A stretch of 64,000 nt of DNA from an uncultured Maribacter sp. (GTDB lineage: Bacteria; Bacteroidota; Bacteroidia; Flavobacteriales; Flavobacteriaceae). The translations under genes and the position numbers were made by a program. Of the stretch, positions 40,210 to 50,227 are shown one piece after another; position 1 is the stretch's first letter; each line of letters opens with the position of its first letter. The notes under the pieces are model-generated. The model saw only the letters and a program-made list of their open reading frames with translations, was not told where the DNA came from and did not search any database. The DNA lies in the NCBI GenBank assembly GCA_938038975.1, contig CALHVP010000061.1, positions 22,329 to 86,328 on the forward strand. Direction: 5' to 3'.

Positions 40210-41175
40210 ATGAAAAAAATAATTACCCTAACAGTGAATCCAGCAATTGACAAAAGCACAACAGTCTCAGGAATAAAACCAAATAGTAAATTAAGATGTG
40301 CAAAGCCTGTCTATGAAGCTGGTGGCGGTGGCATTAATGTTTCACGAGTATTACATACACTTGGTGCAAATTCTTTATGTATGTATATGGCAGGAGGATC
40401 TTCAGGGAAACATTTACAAGATCTTTTGGTAGATTCGGAAATAGTACAACAGGTAATTCCCATCGCAGGAAAGGTTCGGGAAAATCTCTCTGTGTATGAT
40501 ACTACAAACAAAGAGCAATACCGGTTTGGAATGCCAGGACCAATGGTGAATCCAAGTGAATGGAAAAATACACTAGGTCAATTGGAAGGTATACTATCAG
40601 ATGGCGATTTCTTAGTAGCAAGTGGAAGCCTTGGCCCAGGTATGCCAATTGATTTTTTTGCCCAAGTATCTCATATTTCACAAAAGAAAAAAGCAAAATT
40701 TATTCTGGATACTTCTGGGGATGCTTTACTAAAAGGAGCGGAAGCTGGTGTGTATTTATTAAAACCTAACCTGGGCGAGCTTGCCAAGCTCTGCGGTGTA
40801 AACACCATCTCTTTTTTTGAACTGGAGTCCGTTGCTAAAACCTTCCTAAAGAATAATCCTTGCGAGGTATTGGTAGTTTCTTTAGGTGCCCAAGGCGCAA
40901 TACTAGTCACTAATTCAACTCTAGAATATATTACCGCTCCCATTGTATTTCAAAAAAGCACCATAGGTGCTGGCGATAGTATGGTTGCGGGAATGATATA
41001 TTCCCTTGCCAAAGGCAAATCCTTAAGAGAAATGGCAAAATACGGCGTGGCTTGTGGTACTGCCGCGACCATGACCGAGGGTACCCAGCTTTGTAAAAAG
41101 AGAGATGTGGAGGAACTAAATAATTGGATCCTTACAAATTCGGAGACATGCCATAAAATGAAAAATACAGCATAA
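40210..41175 (+). CDS. pfkB: PfkB-family (1-/6-phosphofructokinase-type) hexose kinase
   Basis: TVNPAID, AGGGGINVSR, LKPN..EL, STIGAGDS. Confidence 0.88.
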   Translation: MKKIITLTVNPAIDKSTTVSGIKPNSKLRCAKPVYEAGGGGINVSRVLHTLGANSLCMYMAGGSSGKHLQDLLVDSEIVQQVIPIAGKVRENLSVYDTTNKEQYRFGMPGPMVNPSEWKNTLGQLEGILSDGDFLVASGSLGPGMPIDFFAQVSHISQKKKAKFILDTSGDALLKGAEAGVYLLKPNLGELAKLCGVNTISFFELESVAKTFLKNNPCEVLVVSLGAQGAILVTNSTLEYITAPIVFQKSTIGAGDSMVAGMIYSLAKGKSLREMAKYGVACGTAATMTEGTQLCKKRDVEELNNWILTNSETCHKMKNTA

Positions 41176-41197
41176 AAGATAAATTAAAAAACAATTC

Positions 41198-41595
41198 ATG
41201 GATTACTATTTTTTAATAATTCTTAAAATTAAAAACTTCGAAGAAGCCATTATAAGAACTATAGAAGCTTTAAAAGAAGAGGGCTTTGGCGTATTGACAG
41301 ATATTGATATAAAGGCCACGCTAAAAAATAAATTAGATGTGGATTTTCATAATTATAGAATTTTAGGAGCATGTAATCCAGCATTGGCTTTTGAAGCACT
41401 TCAAGTGGATGATAAGATAGGCACCATGCTACCATGTAATGTAATTCTACAGGAAAATCATTGGCCATTATAGAAATTGCTGTCGTAGACCCTGTGGCAT
41501 CTATGCAAGCCGTTCAAAATGAACACTTAATACAAGTGGCAAAAACGGTCAGGGAAAAACTTTAAAAGGTAATTCAAAAGATAAACGATATCTAA
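41198..41595 (+). pseudogene. DUF302 protein, frameshifted
   Basis: GFGVLTDID...YRILGACNP...MLPCNVIL; C-terminus IEIAVVDPVASMQAV...REKL*KVI lies in another frame after about 41460 and has a further stop. Confidence 0.75.
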
Positions 41596-41611
41596 ATTGG
41601 TTTTAGACTCA

Positions 41612-42223
41612 ATGATACAACTAAAGCTAATAAGGGTATTATGTATTTTTGGATGTTTTATAATATTCGCATGCCCAAATTCCTTTGCACAAAGTAAGTC
41701 ACACATATATTTTCAACAAAAAGGTGGAAAGCTATACTCATTCGGTTTGGAATACGTCTTGGGATTCAATAACTCGATAGAACCCTATTCCTTAAATCTT
41801 GGATATGGCGCTCAACTTTCCAAAAACCTTGCACTACATGGGTTACTTGACGTATCGGCAACCAGCGGCACTCACCTTTTGAATACCAATACGGCACTAA
41901 CTACCTTTAACGCGGAAAGTTTTGGAGTAGGTACTTCCTTTCTATTAAGATGGTACTTTATTAAAATTGGTGGGGTTCGACTATTCATAAATGCAGGTGG
42001 TGGCATTCTTTATACCTTCAAAAATTTTCCACCCAACGGCACCAGATTAAACTTTACAGCCCGGCCGGATGCTGGACTCACCCTACATCTAAATAGTTTT
42101 ACTCAATTTTCAGTAAGTGTAAACCGATTTCACTTGTCCAATGGACAGGGCTATAAACATCCGCATAAGACTTCGTTCCACGGATTGGGAATTTTTGCAA
42201 ACATTGGATTTCAAGGAAAATAG
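41612..42223 (+). CDS. Acyloxyacyl hydrolase / PagL-like outer membrane barrel
   Basis: Signal peptide; FPPNGTRLNF, RFHLSNG (H-x-S-N) motif. Confidence 0.7.
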   Translation: MIQLKLIRVLCIFGCFIIFACPNSFAQSKSHIYFQQKGGKLYSFGLEYVLGFNNSIEPYSLNLGYGAQLSKNLALHGLLDVSATSGTHLLNTNTALTTFNAESFGVGTSFLLRWYFIKIGGVRLFINAGGGILYTFKNFPPNGTRLNFTARPDAGLTLHLNSFTQFSVSVNRFHLSNGQGYKHPHKTSFHGLGIFANIGFQGK

Positions 42224-42229
42224 CGCTAC

Positions 42230-42241
42230 TGACTAAAATCA
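42230..42241 (+). promoter_or_regulatory. CRP/FNR-type box TGAC-TAAA-ATCA
   Basis: Weak -7 element TATCTTCT at 42265, 23 bp downstream. Confidence 0.65.
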
Positions 42242-42308
42242 TTTTATCTCTTTGTACAATTAGCTATCTTCTTGATTACTATATAAAACACTATAAAATT
42301 CAAAAATA

Positions 42309-42593
42309 ATGAAAACTTCAGCTACTACTAACATGTGTCAAAGTTGCGGTATGCCAATACACCATTTATCTGATTTTGGCACCAACAAAGACGATACCAT
42401 TACTACGGAATACTGTCATTTTTGTTATCTCCAGGGAAAATTCGTAGACCATGGAATTTCTTTAGAAGAGAAAATTGAAAAGAACATAGACATCGCTCAT
42501 AAAACAGGGATGACCCGGGAAGAGGCTACTATTTTAGCTCATGAAACACTCCCCACGCTCAAAAGATGGAAAGGAATGAAACCTGTGGAGTGA
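42309..42593 (+). CDS. Zinc-ribbon domain protein
   Basis: CQSCGMP...YCHFCY...LPTLKRW. Confidence 0.85.
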   Translation: MKTSATTNMCQSCGMPIHHLSDFGTNKDDTITTEYCHFCYLQGKFVDHGISLEEKIEKNIDIAHKTGMTREEATILAHETLPTLKRWKGMKPVE

Positions 42594-42619
42594 AATAAGC
42601 AACCTAATCATAAAAACTA

Positions 42620-43075
42620 TTACTTGCCATATTTAACCAAAATTGCCATCTGACCTGCATGGTGATTGGTATGCGATACAATGCGGCCAAAGGCCTCTGC
42701 TTTTGTCTTGATTCCGAATTCTTTAGTAGATATGGTTGTTTCCCAATCAGTATCTTTTTGCTGGGCTACAATTTCTTTTAGTATGTTGAAGGAACTAGCA
42801 ACATAGGCTTTAAGTTCTGCAAGATTAGTCCATTCGCCCGTATCCTTTTGAGCGATGACCGTTTTAGCAATTACCTTGACACTTTTGTCTTCAAAAACGT
42901 TCTTTGCAAAAAGGAGCTCCACATCCCCTATATGCCGAATCAAAAACCCGACACTATTGACAGAGGGTGGTAGCTTTTTCTTTAAGTCCTCTTCCGTTAG
43001 ACTATCCAGTTGCTTGGTAAAACGAGTTCTTGCCTCCGTCCAAAGTTCTACAAATACTTGTGTTTTTGTTTTCAT
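42620..43075 (-). CDS. DinB family protein
   Basis: NSVGFLIRHI...HTNHHAGQ. Confidence 0.88.
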   Translation of the reverse strand: MKTKTQVFVELWTEARTRFTKQLDSLTEEDLKKKLPPSVNSVGFLIRHIGDVELLFAKNVFEDKSVKVIAKTVIAQKDTGEWTNLAELKAYVASSFNILKEIVAQQKDTDWETTISTKEFGIKTKAEAFGRIVSHTNHHAGQMAILVKYGK

Positions 43076-43078
43076 TCT

Positions 43079-43750
43079 TTATGGCCTTAGATAACCTTTG
43101 TAGTTCTTTAATCCCAAATTTACCATTTCAAGCGCTGCTTGGCTGGTCATTGTAGCACCAGATAATACATCGACAATAATACCATCGTCGATTCTTTTTT
43201 CCATGTTTATTTGCAAAGTGAAGGTATTTTTTTCTAGGTCTATTTTTTTGTCGGTGAACATTTCCTCAAAGTGGGATTGTGTCATTGCCGACCCGTACCC
43301 ATCGGATTCTGCATTATGTTCGAATTCTATTTTTTTTATTTCTAAAGATGTTCTGGCTACCAATACCTTGGCCCAAATAGGTCCTGCAAATCCGATTCCC
43401 TCAACAGGTAAAATCACAGTGTCGCTGCCTTTTAGTTCAAATATAGGCCATGCAAACACCTTTTCACCTTGTATCATCTTTCTGTAAAGGGCTATCGCTG
43501 TATTTATATTAATAGTAGTTACCGTTTGGTTTTCATCAATTTGCTTAAAGTAAATAAATTGATGTACATCCGATATATCCGTAAAGTCGAAATCGGCAAA
43601 TTTACCAAGTTCGACCATAAGCTGAGGAACAGAACGTGTCAAGTTTTCTTTGGCTATGGTTTCTTCAACTTTTGGTTTTTCGGTCTTAGGTTTTTCTTGG
43701 CAGTTCCAAAACAAAATAATTATAGCGAAACATATGACATTAATTTTCAT
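43079..43750 (-). CDS. FMN-binding lipoprotein (NqrC/RnfG-like)
   Basis: GIGFAGPIW, HNAESDGYG, VDVLSGATMTS flavinylation motif. Confidence 0.8.
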   Translation of the reverse strand: MKINVICFAIIILFWNCQEKPKTEKPKVEETIAKENLTRSVPQLMVELGKFADFDFTDISDVHQFIYFKQIDENQTVTTININTAIALYRKMIQGEKVFAWPIFELKGSDTVILPVEGIGFAGPIWAKVLVARTSLEIKKIEFEHNAESDGYGSAMTQSHFEEMFTDKKIDLEKNTFTLQINMEKRIDDGIIVDVLSGATMTSQAALEMVNLGLKNYKGYLRP

Positions 43751-43767
43751 ATAGTACGGTTTTAAAT

Positions 43768-44538
43768 TTAAGCCGTTAACATACCTCCATCCACAACATG
43801 GGTACAACCAGTGATATATTTGCTTTCATCGGATGCCAAGAACAAAGCGAAATCGGCAATTTCGGTTGACTCTGCATACCGTCCGTAGGGTACAGTAGAC
43901 TCAAATCCTTTAAGTACCTGCTCTGGACTTTCAGGCGACATATCTTTCTCTATACGTCGCATCATTTCATTATTCACAGGACCTGGATGAATGGTATTTA
44001 CACGTATTTTTTTATCAGCAAACTCCAATGCAGCCACTCGCATAATACCAACAACAGCATGTTTGGTGGCTACATAGGCCCCTAATCCAACAAAACCTTT
44101 AAGTCCGGCAACAGATGAAGTTATCATAACGCTACCCCCTTTTGTCATTTTAGGGACTACATGTTTACAACCCAACCAAACCCCTTTTAAATTCACGGCA
44201 ATCACTTGATCAAAAATAGTATCAGGATACTCGGAAATGGGCTTTGAAGTACCTTCTATACCTGCATTTGCAAAAAAGATATCAATCCTGTTATGCACTT
44301 CCAACGTGTGTTCCACTACCTTTTGGTTATCCTGTGATTTGGAAACGTCCGCGACGCAATAAGACAGGTTTTCGTGATCTATTTCAACACTAGCCTTTTC
44401 CAAAGCCTCTTTGCTAATGTCAACGATGACCACTTTAGCACCCTCGTTCAAAAACAACTTTGCAGTTGCCACTCCTATTCCTCCGGCACCACCAGTAATG
44501 ACTGCTACTTTATTCTTTAATCGTTCCATAGTCAACAT
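43768..44538 (-). CDS. SDR family oxidoreductase
   Basis: TGGAGGIG, ANAG, YVATK, IRVNTIHPG. Confidence 0.93.
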   Translation of the reverse strand: MLTMERLKNKVAVITGGAGGIGVATAKLFLNEGAKVVIVDISKEALEKASVEIDHENLSYCVADVSKSQDNQKVVEHTLEVHNRIDIFFANAGIEGTSKPISEYPDTIFDQVIAVNLKGVWLGCKHVVPKMTKGGSVMITSSVAGLKGFVGLGAYVATKHAVVGIMRVAALEFADKKIRVNTIHPGPVNNEMMRRIEKDMSPESPEQVLKGFESTVPYGRYAESTEIADFALFLASDESKYITGCTHVVDGGMLTA

Positions 44539-44593
44539 ATTTTATTTATTCCAATACCTAAACTGAACTAGTTTCAGTTAAAAAGGGAACTCC

Positions 44594-45230
44594 CTAATTA
44601 TCCTGTGTTATTTTTAGAATTTCCCAGCCTTGTTCCTTGAGGTATACCGCAACTAAACCATCTGCCAAATGCTTTACCCCAATAGAAGGAATTTGATAGC
44701 GCCTTTTGGTCATTTGTATGTTTTGCCTTTTTTCAAAATATTCCTCGATTTTTCCCGAAGTATCAAACAAGACATCGAAAAACTTGAACTCGTGTATATT
44801 TAAATTGAATTCATTTTTTCCTTTTAAGGTTTTATCAAATAGCACTCCGGTAGCGTAACCTTTATTCAATGGATATACATTTAAGAATTAAGGTTCTATA
44901 ACGGTATTACCCTTGCTATCAATGAAACCATATAACGGAACACCATCCTCTACATTTTTTGTAACCAAACACCTTCCATCTTTAAAAATAGGATACCGTA
45001 CTCCAGAAACATCTAATTTATCGGTATTGGCATTCCTGTCCCAATAAACATCATCTCAAAATTAATGACCAGCATGCTTTCTTCATTAATAAAACCCCAT
45101 TTTCAACCTTGACGTACAGCTGCTAATCCTTCGCTGAAAGGCGCAATTTCATCAATTCCTTTTAGGTCTTGTGCAGCTGTTGTCTGTGGAAAGGCCAAGA
45201 CTAGAATTATCAATAATATAAAACGTATCC
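44594..45230 (-). pseudogene. WG-repeat protein pseudogene
   Basis: EIAPFSEGLAAVRQG*KWGFINE, YGFIDSKGNTVIEP*F; stops and a frameshift; 5' end approximate. Confidence 0.75.
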
Positions 45231-45284
45231 TGGTTATTTATTTTTGAGTTGTTCAAAACTAGAATGAATTAATTCCTTCTGAAA

Positions 45285-45296
45285 TGACTAAAATCA
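45285..45296 (-). promoter_or_regulatory. CRP/FNR-type box TGAC-TAAA-ATCA
   Basis: TAGTTTTG on minus strand at 45254-45261, 23 bp away. Confidence 0.85.
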
Positions 45297-45327
45297 TTCA
45301 AGAATACATATTCTAATACCTCAGGTT

Positions 45328-45780
45328 CTAAAACATTAAATTTGAATATATCATACTTTTCAAATTTTTAGGTAATACATCACGTATGTCCTCCATTTCA
45401 CCCAAGGAAATATACTTTCTAAGGTATATAAAAGTGGTATCCACATAATTTTCGGCAACCTCATCGGAATATTGAAAATCATTGACCTCAGCAGGCCAGT
45501 CGTGGGCACGAACCAAATCCAGAAATTCTGCCATCTGCTTGATTTTGGGCTTTTTCTTTTTAATATTCCAACCATTTACATAGACCCCTTTGAGGAACAT
45601 GGGAAGTTGTGCCATAAGCTGTAAGGATTCCTCTGCAGGGATAATATCCCGTAGGGCATGCATGATGGCTGTAAAAATTCGACCTGCCTTATCGCGGTCT
45701 TTGGGCATATTCATTTCTTTCGCATAGTCCTTTAAAAAGGTATTGCCCTCTGTTGCGTACTGATTAAAATTAAGTGCCAT
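45328..45780 (-). CDS. DUF2267 family protein
   Basis: AIMHALRD...LMAQLPMFLKGVYVNGW...GEMEDIRDVLPK. Confidence 0.85.
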   Translation of the reverse strand: MALNFNQYATEGNTFLKDYAKEMNMPKDRDKAGRIFTAIMHALRDIIPAEESLQLMAQLPMFLKGVYVNGWNIKKKKPKIKQMAEFLDLVRAHDWPAEVNDFQYSDEVAENYVDTTFIYLRKYISLGEMEDIRDVLPKNLKSMIYSNLMF

Positions 45781-45835
45781 AATAGTCTAATTTAGAATTT
45801 AGTATAAAATTTAGCATTACTAGCTAACCTTGAAA

Positions 45836-45847
45836 TGACATAAATCA
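45836..45847. promoter_or_regulatory. CRP/FNR-type box TGAC-ATAA-ATCA
   Basis: TACTTTTG at 45871-45878, 23 bp downstream; lies between divergent DUF2267 and HPF genes. Confidence 0.85.
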
Positions 45848-45902
45848 TTTTCTTAAAAGAATAACCTTTATACTTTTGAGTAGAAACTAAAAATGCCCTA
45901 TT

Positions 45903-46214
45903 ATGACGATTAATATGCAGTATGTACAGATGCCAGAAAGCGAATCCTTAAATAATATTGTAACTCGGAACCTTCAAAAATTATCACATAAATATGATTT
46001 TATAATCCGGGCCGATGTTTTCTTTAAGCTAGGACAAAGTAAAGACGGCATGGACAAAATATGTGAAATGCAACTAAGTGCACCAGGACCACGAATCTTT
46101 GCAAAATCTACCGAAAACAATTTTGAAAAAGCAGCTGCAGAAACCATTAGTGATTTGGAAAAACAGCTGAGAAAACGAAAAGAAAAATTTAGTCGCCGAA
46201 ATAAAGTAATGTAA
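45903..46214 (+). CDS. raiA: Ribosome hibernation factor HPF/RaiA
   Basis: About 100 aa; ADVFFK...PGPRIFAKS...FEKAAAETISDLEKQLRKRK. Confidence 0.85.
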   Translation: MTINMQYVQMPESESLNNIVTRNLQKLSHKYDFIIRADVFFKLGQSKDGMDKICEMQLSAPGPRIFAKSTENNFEKAAAETISDLEKQLRKRKEKFSRRNKVM

Positions 46215-46215
46215 C

Positions 46216-47046
46216 ATGAACAGGATATTAGTTCCAATAGATTTTTCAGAACCATCTGCCTATGCCTTAGAAGTAGCAGCAAGCATAGCAAAGTACCAAA
46301 AGGCAGAAATTGTGGTACTACATATGCTAGGGCTATCCGAGGCACTGCTGAACAAAGACGAAAACCAAGAATATGAAGAAGCTAAATACTATATGGAACT
46401 GGCTAGAAAGCGCTTTAAACTGTTTTTGGACAAATCATATCTCAAACATATTAAGATCAAACAAATAGTTCAAAACTATAAAATATTCAAGGAGCTAAGC
46501 AAAGTGGCTCAAGAACAAAATACTCATCTGATTGTTATGGGGTCCCACGGCACCAGTGGCATGAACGAATTCTTTGTAGGCTCCAATACCGAAAAGGTGG
46601 TACGCACCTCAGACGTTCCCGTTCTGGTGGTAAAAATGCAAAATTCTGATTTCAAGGTTAAAAAGATACTATTTGCATGTGATTTTATGGATGATGCTAT
46701 TTTGGCCTTCAAAAATGTAAAAGCGTTCGCGGCAAACTTTTCCGCTGAGTTGGAAATGGTATATATCAATACACCATATTATAGTTTCGTAAGCACTGCC
46801 GAAATTGAAGAACGCATTTCAAAATTCTTTTTTAAAGCAGGCAACGAAGAACAGGAAGTTAACATCTACAACGATTATGGTGTGGAGCTTGGTCTGATGA
46901 ACTATGCCAAAAAGAATCATTTTGATATTCTTGCATTACCCACTAGAGGCAGAAAGCCAATTTCCCATTTTTTATTAGGAAGCAGGAGTATTGGTGAGGA
47001 TGTAGCCAACCATGCAAATTTACCTGTATTGACTTTTAAAATATAG
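46216..47046 (+). CDS. Universal stress protein (tandem USP domains)
   Basis: ILVPIDFS, LIVMGSHG...GSNTEKVVR. Confidence 0.95.
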   Translation: MNRILVPIDFSEPSAYALEVAASIAKYQKAEIVVLHMLGLSEALLNKDENQEYEEAKYYMELARKRFKLFLDKSYLKHIKIKQIVQNYKIFKELSKVAQEQNTHLIVMGSHGTSGMNEFFVGSNTEKVVRTSDVPVLVVKMQNSDFKVKKILFACDFMDDAILAFKNVKAFAANFSAELEMVYINTPYYSFVSTAEIEERISKFFFKAGNEEQEVNIYNDYGVELGLMNYAKKNHFDILALPTRGRKPISHFLLGSRSIGEDVANHANLPVLTFKI

Positions 47047-47073
47047 CACCATCCTTAATTATGGTAATACTAA

Positions 47074-47475
47074 CTACTTCATTAACAATCCAATTTTAGC
47101 CAGTATAATAAGCTCTGCCTTGTTCTTACCAGAGAAAGAACTAGCAATGGCATTGGCTGTTTTCTTAGTCAGCAATTTTATTTTACTAGAAAATGCAGTT
47201 GGATGCTCTTCATAAAAGTCCTTAAACTCCTCAAAACATTCCTCGCTTGTTCTAGTGTACTCCATTAATACATCAAAAACAATTTCGATTTGGTTTGCGG
47301 CATCGGTACCATAACGGTCTTTAAAGTCATCTACATACAACCAATCTTTCTTAACAATTTCCTTTACTTGATTCCATTCATTAGCATGGACGTTACCATC
47401 GCTTATCGCTACGGCATAAAACAGTTTACCCAAGTTTTCATAAAGTCCGTTCATAGTTTTAGTTGTGTGTTTCAT
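47074..47475 (-). CDS. TerB-like hypothetical protein
   Basis: LFYAVAISDGNVHANE ... GKNKAE. Confidence 0.6.
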   Translation of the reverse strand: MKHTTKTMNGLYENLGKLFYAVAISDGNVHANEWNQVKEIVKKDWLYVDDFKDRYGTDAANQIEIVFDVLMEYTRTSEECFEEFKDFYEEHPTAFSSKIKLLTKKTANAIASSFSGKNKAELIILAKIGLLMK

Positions 47476-47530
47476 CTTTAAAATCTTTTGTACTACATCG
47501 TAAATTAAGTTATGCAGCTTATAATTTCAA

Positions 47531-47542
47531 TGACCAATATCA
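47531..47542. promoter_or_regulatory. CRP/FNR-type box TGAC-CAAT-ATCA
   Basis: TAATTTAC (minus, 47500-47507) at 23 bp; only 12 bp from TATATTTG (plus, 47555-47562) of the kinase gene. Confidence 0.8.
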
Positions 47543-47566
47543 GTTTGTATTCTTTATATTTGATAC

Positions 47567-49087
47567 ATGCATGTTTTTGAAAAGAATAGTAATATTTTCA
47601 ATCTACTTTCCGAGGGAGTATCCGAAGGTATCATTGTCGTTAATGCACAGCAGATAATCGTTGCTACCAATACATCAGCAGAACATATGTTTGGTTATAC
47701 GAAGAAAGAACTGATTGGAAAACCGTTAGAAACGCTGATACCGAAAAGATTCCATAACAACCATGTTGCTCAAGTTAAACACTTTATAGCGAAAAGCGAT
47801 AAACGACAAATGGGCCATGGTAGAGAATTATTCGGTATATGTAAAAATGGTCATGAATTTCCTTTAGAGGCAGGCCTAAATCCTTTTAAACTATACGGGG
47901 CCACATATGTAATGGCGCTTGTTATAGATATTACAGAGCGTAAAATTAAGGAAAAAGAACTTAGCCATTGGGCTCGTATTTTTGACGAATCACTGAACGA
48001 AATCTATGTTTTTGATGCGGATTCCTTAAAATTTACCAACGTAAATAAGGAAGCACAGCGAAACATTGGATATACCATGAAAGAGCTGACTCATATGACA
48101 CCAGTAGATATCAAACCAGAGTTAACTAAGAAGAAGTTTGAAAAACTAATACAACCGCTAATAGGTGATAATTTAGGGAAAATACAATTTGAAACCGAGC
48201 ATAAAAGAAAGGACGGTTCTACCTACCCCGTAGAAGTGCATGTGCAATTATCGGTAATGGGAGCAAAAAAGACTTTTGTAGCTATCATATTAGATATTTC
48301 CGAACGAAGAAATTATACCCAAAAACTTGAGAAAAAAGTTGCTGAACGAACCCTGCAATTGACAGAGGCCCTTACCAAAGAAAAAGAACTGAACGAATTA
48401 AAGACGCGTTTTTTATCGTTGGTATCCCATGAATTTAAAACACCATTAAGCAGTATTTTAACCTCTATTACCTTGTTGGGAAAATATACCGAGACAGCGC
48501 AACAAGAAAAACGTAACAAACATGTAAATACCATCAAAAATAAGGTCAAATATCTTGATTCGATTCTTAACGATTTTCTTTCAATAGAGAAATTGGAATC
48601 TGGAAAAATCAAGTACAATATAGAGCGATTTCACTTGAGTAAAATCATTAACGAAGTTGTCTATAATTCTAATTTGATGCTCAAAGCGGGTCAAAAAATC
48701 CAATATCCCGAGAACATCGATAGTATCACTATCCAATTCGATGAAAAAACCTTGAAACTTGCCTTGTCCAATCTTGTCCATAACGCAATCAAATATTCCC
48801 CAGAAGAGTCCATTATAGAGGTAATGGTTACAACAGATACTACCCAAATAGTAATTAAAGTCATAGATCAGGGTATCGGTATCCCTGAAGAAGAACAAAA
48901 ACACATTTTTGAACGCTATTTTAGGTCGAAAAATGCCCTTTTGACACAAGGCACTGGCATTGGCTTGAACATTGCAAAACAGCAACTAGAAAACTTAGGT
49001 GCACGCATAGAGTTCACAAGCAAAGAGAACAATGGGTCAATTTTTACAATAAATATCCCAAAGAACTTAATACCAAACAGTAAATGA
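47567..49087 (+). CDS. FixL-like heme-PAS sensor histidine kinase
   Basis: AEHMFGY...LIPKRFHNNH...MGHGRELFG...GHEFP (proximal His and distal Arg positions); second PAS; SHEFKTPL H-box. Confidence 0.9.
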   Translation: MHVFEKNSNIFNLLSEGVSEGIIVVNAQQIIVATNTSAEHMFGYTKKELIGKPLETLIPKRFHNNHVAQVKHFIAKSDKRQMGHGRELFGICKNGHEFPLEAGLNPFKLYGATYVMALVIDITERKIKEKELSHWARIFDESLNEIYVFDADSLKFTNVNKEAQRNIGYTMKELTHMTPVDIKPELTKKKFEKLIQPLIGDNLGKIQFETEHKRKDGSTYPVEVHVQLSVMGAKKTFVAIILDISERRNYTQKLEKKVAERTLQLTEALTKEKELNELKTRFLSLVSHEFKTPLSSILTSITLLGKYTETAQQEKRNKHVNTIKNKVKYLDSILNDFLSIEKLESGKIKYNIERFHLSKIINEVVYNSNLMLKAGQKIQYPENIDSITIQFDEKTLKLALSNLVHNAIKYSPEESIIEVMVTTDTTQIVIKVIDQGIGIPEEEQKHIFERYFRSKNALLTQGTGIGLNIAKQQLENLGARIEFTSKENNGSIFTINIPKNLIPNSK

Positions 49088-50136
49088 AAACAATTTTATT
49101 AATAGAGGACGACAAAGCTTTGCGAGAAAACACCGCAGAGCTTTTAGAGCTATCTGGTTATACAGTTATTACTGCACCTAACGGAAAAATAGGAATCGAA
49201 GTTGCTAAGAAAAAGCTTCCCAATGTTATTATCTGTGATATTATGATGCCTGTAATTGATGGCTACGGGGTTCTAGAAAATTTATCTTCAGATGAAAAAA
49301 CCAAACAGATTCCCTTTATATTTTTATCGGCCAAAACTGAACATAAAGAAATACGCAAGGGTATGGATTTGGGTGCAGATGATTATTTGACAAAACCTTT
49401 TGAAGAAAGTGATCTCATGAGTGCCGTGGAGAGCAGACTAGCTAAGGCAGAACTCCTAAGTCGTATGCTTGACAACACATCAAACAATCATGGTGTTTCT
49501 GATGATGAACTGCGCACCTTGAACGAATTGAAGAACTTTTTTGACGACAACGGAGAAATAGTCAATTTTGAAGAAAGTGAAACTATTTATGAGGAAGGCT
49601 CACGATCCAGTATGATTTATTTGATACTAAAAGGACTTGTCAAATGCTATATTATGGATGCAGACGGCAAGGAATTAATTACCTCCTTACACAGGGCAGA
49701 TGACTTTTTAGGCTTTAGCTCCTTTCTTAATAATACGCCCTACCAAGAATCGGCAACTGCAATAGAACCAGTAGCCTTAGCAGGAATTTCAAAAGATAGC
49801 CTTAAAGAAATTTTAAAAAAAAACAATAACATTTCATTAGAATTAATGGAACTCTTTACGGAGAATATTAGTGTTTTTAAGGCTCAATTACTACAAATGG
49901 CATATAGCTCCGTTCGTAAGAAAACGGCACAGACGCTTCTTCAATTTGCCGAAATTATGAACAGGAATACTGAAGACCCAATCAAAATATCGCGTAACGA
50001 TTTAGCAAGTGTTGCCGGTATTGCTACTGAAAGTCTAATACGGACCTTATCAGGATTTAAAAAAGAGGGATTAATAGATATAGAAGGCCGAAACATACAT
50101 ATAAAAGAATTAAAGGCCTTACGGTATGTAAATTAG
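49084..50136 (+). CDS. Response regulator: receiver domain fused to CRP/FNR cNMP-binding and HTH domains
   Basis: ICDIMMP, DDYLTKPF; SRNDLASVAGIATESLIRTL HTH; overlaps the kinase stop. Confidence 0.93.
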   Translation: MKTILLIEDDKALRENTAELLELSGYTVITAPNGKIGIEVAKKKLPNVIICDIMMPVIDGYGVLENLSSDEKTKQIPFIFLSAKTEHKEIRKGMDLGADDYLTKPFEESDLMSAVESRLAKAELLSRMLDNTSNNHGVSDDELRTLNELKNFFDDNGEIVNFEESETIYEEGSRSSMIYLILKGLVKCYIMDADGKELITSLHRADDFLGFSSFLNNTPYQESATAIEPVALAGISKDSLKEILKKNNNISLELMELFTENISVFKAQLLQMAYSSVRKKTAQTLLQFAEIMNRNTEDPIKISRNDLASVAGIATESLIRTLSGFKKEGLIDIEGRNIHIKELKALRYVN

Positions 50137-50167
50137 ATATAGTCATAAACAAGAAATAGGCACAACC

Positions 50168-50179
50168 TAATACATATCA
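50168..50179 (+). promoter_or_regulatory. Degenerate box TAAT-ACAT-ATCA
   Basis: One mismatch to consensus; TACTTTTG at 50203-50210, 23 bp downstream; precedes the USP pseudogene. Confidence 0.6.
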
Positions 50180-50227
50180 TATTCACATATCTTTCATGGG
50201 CTTACTTTTGATTACCAAACCATTGGA

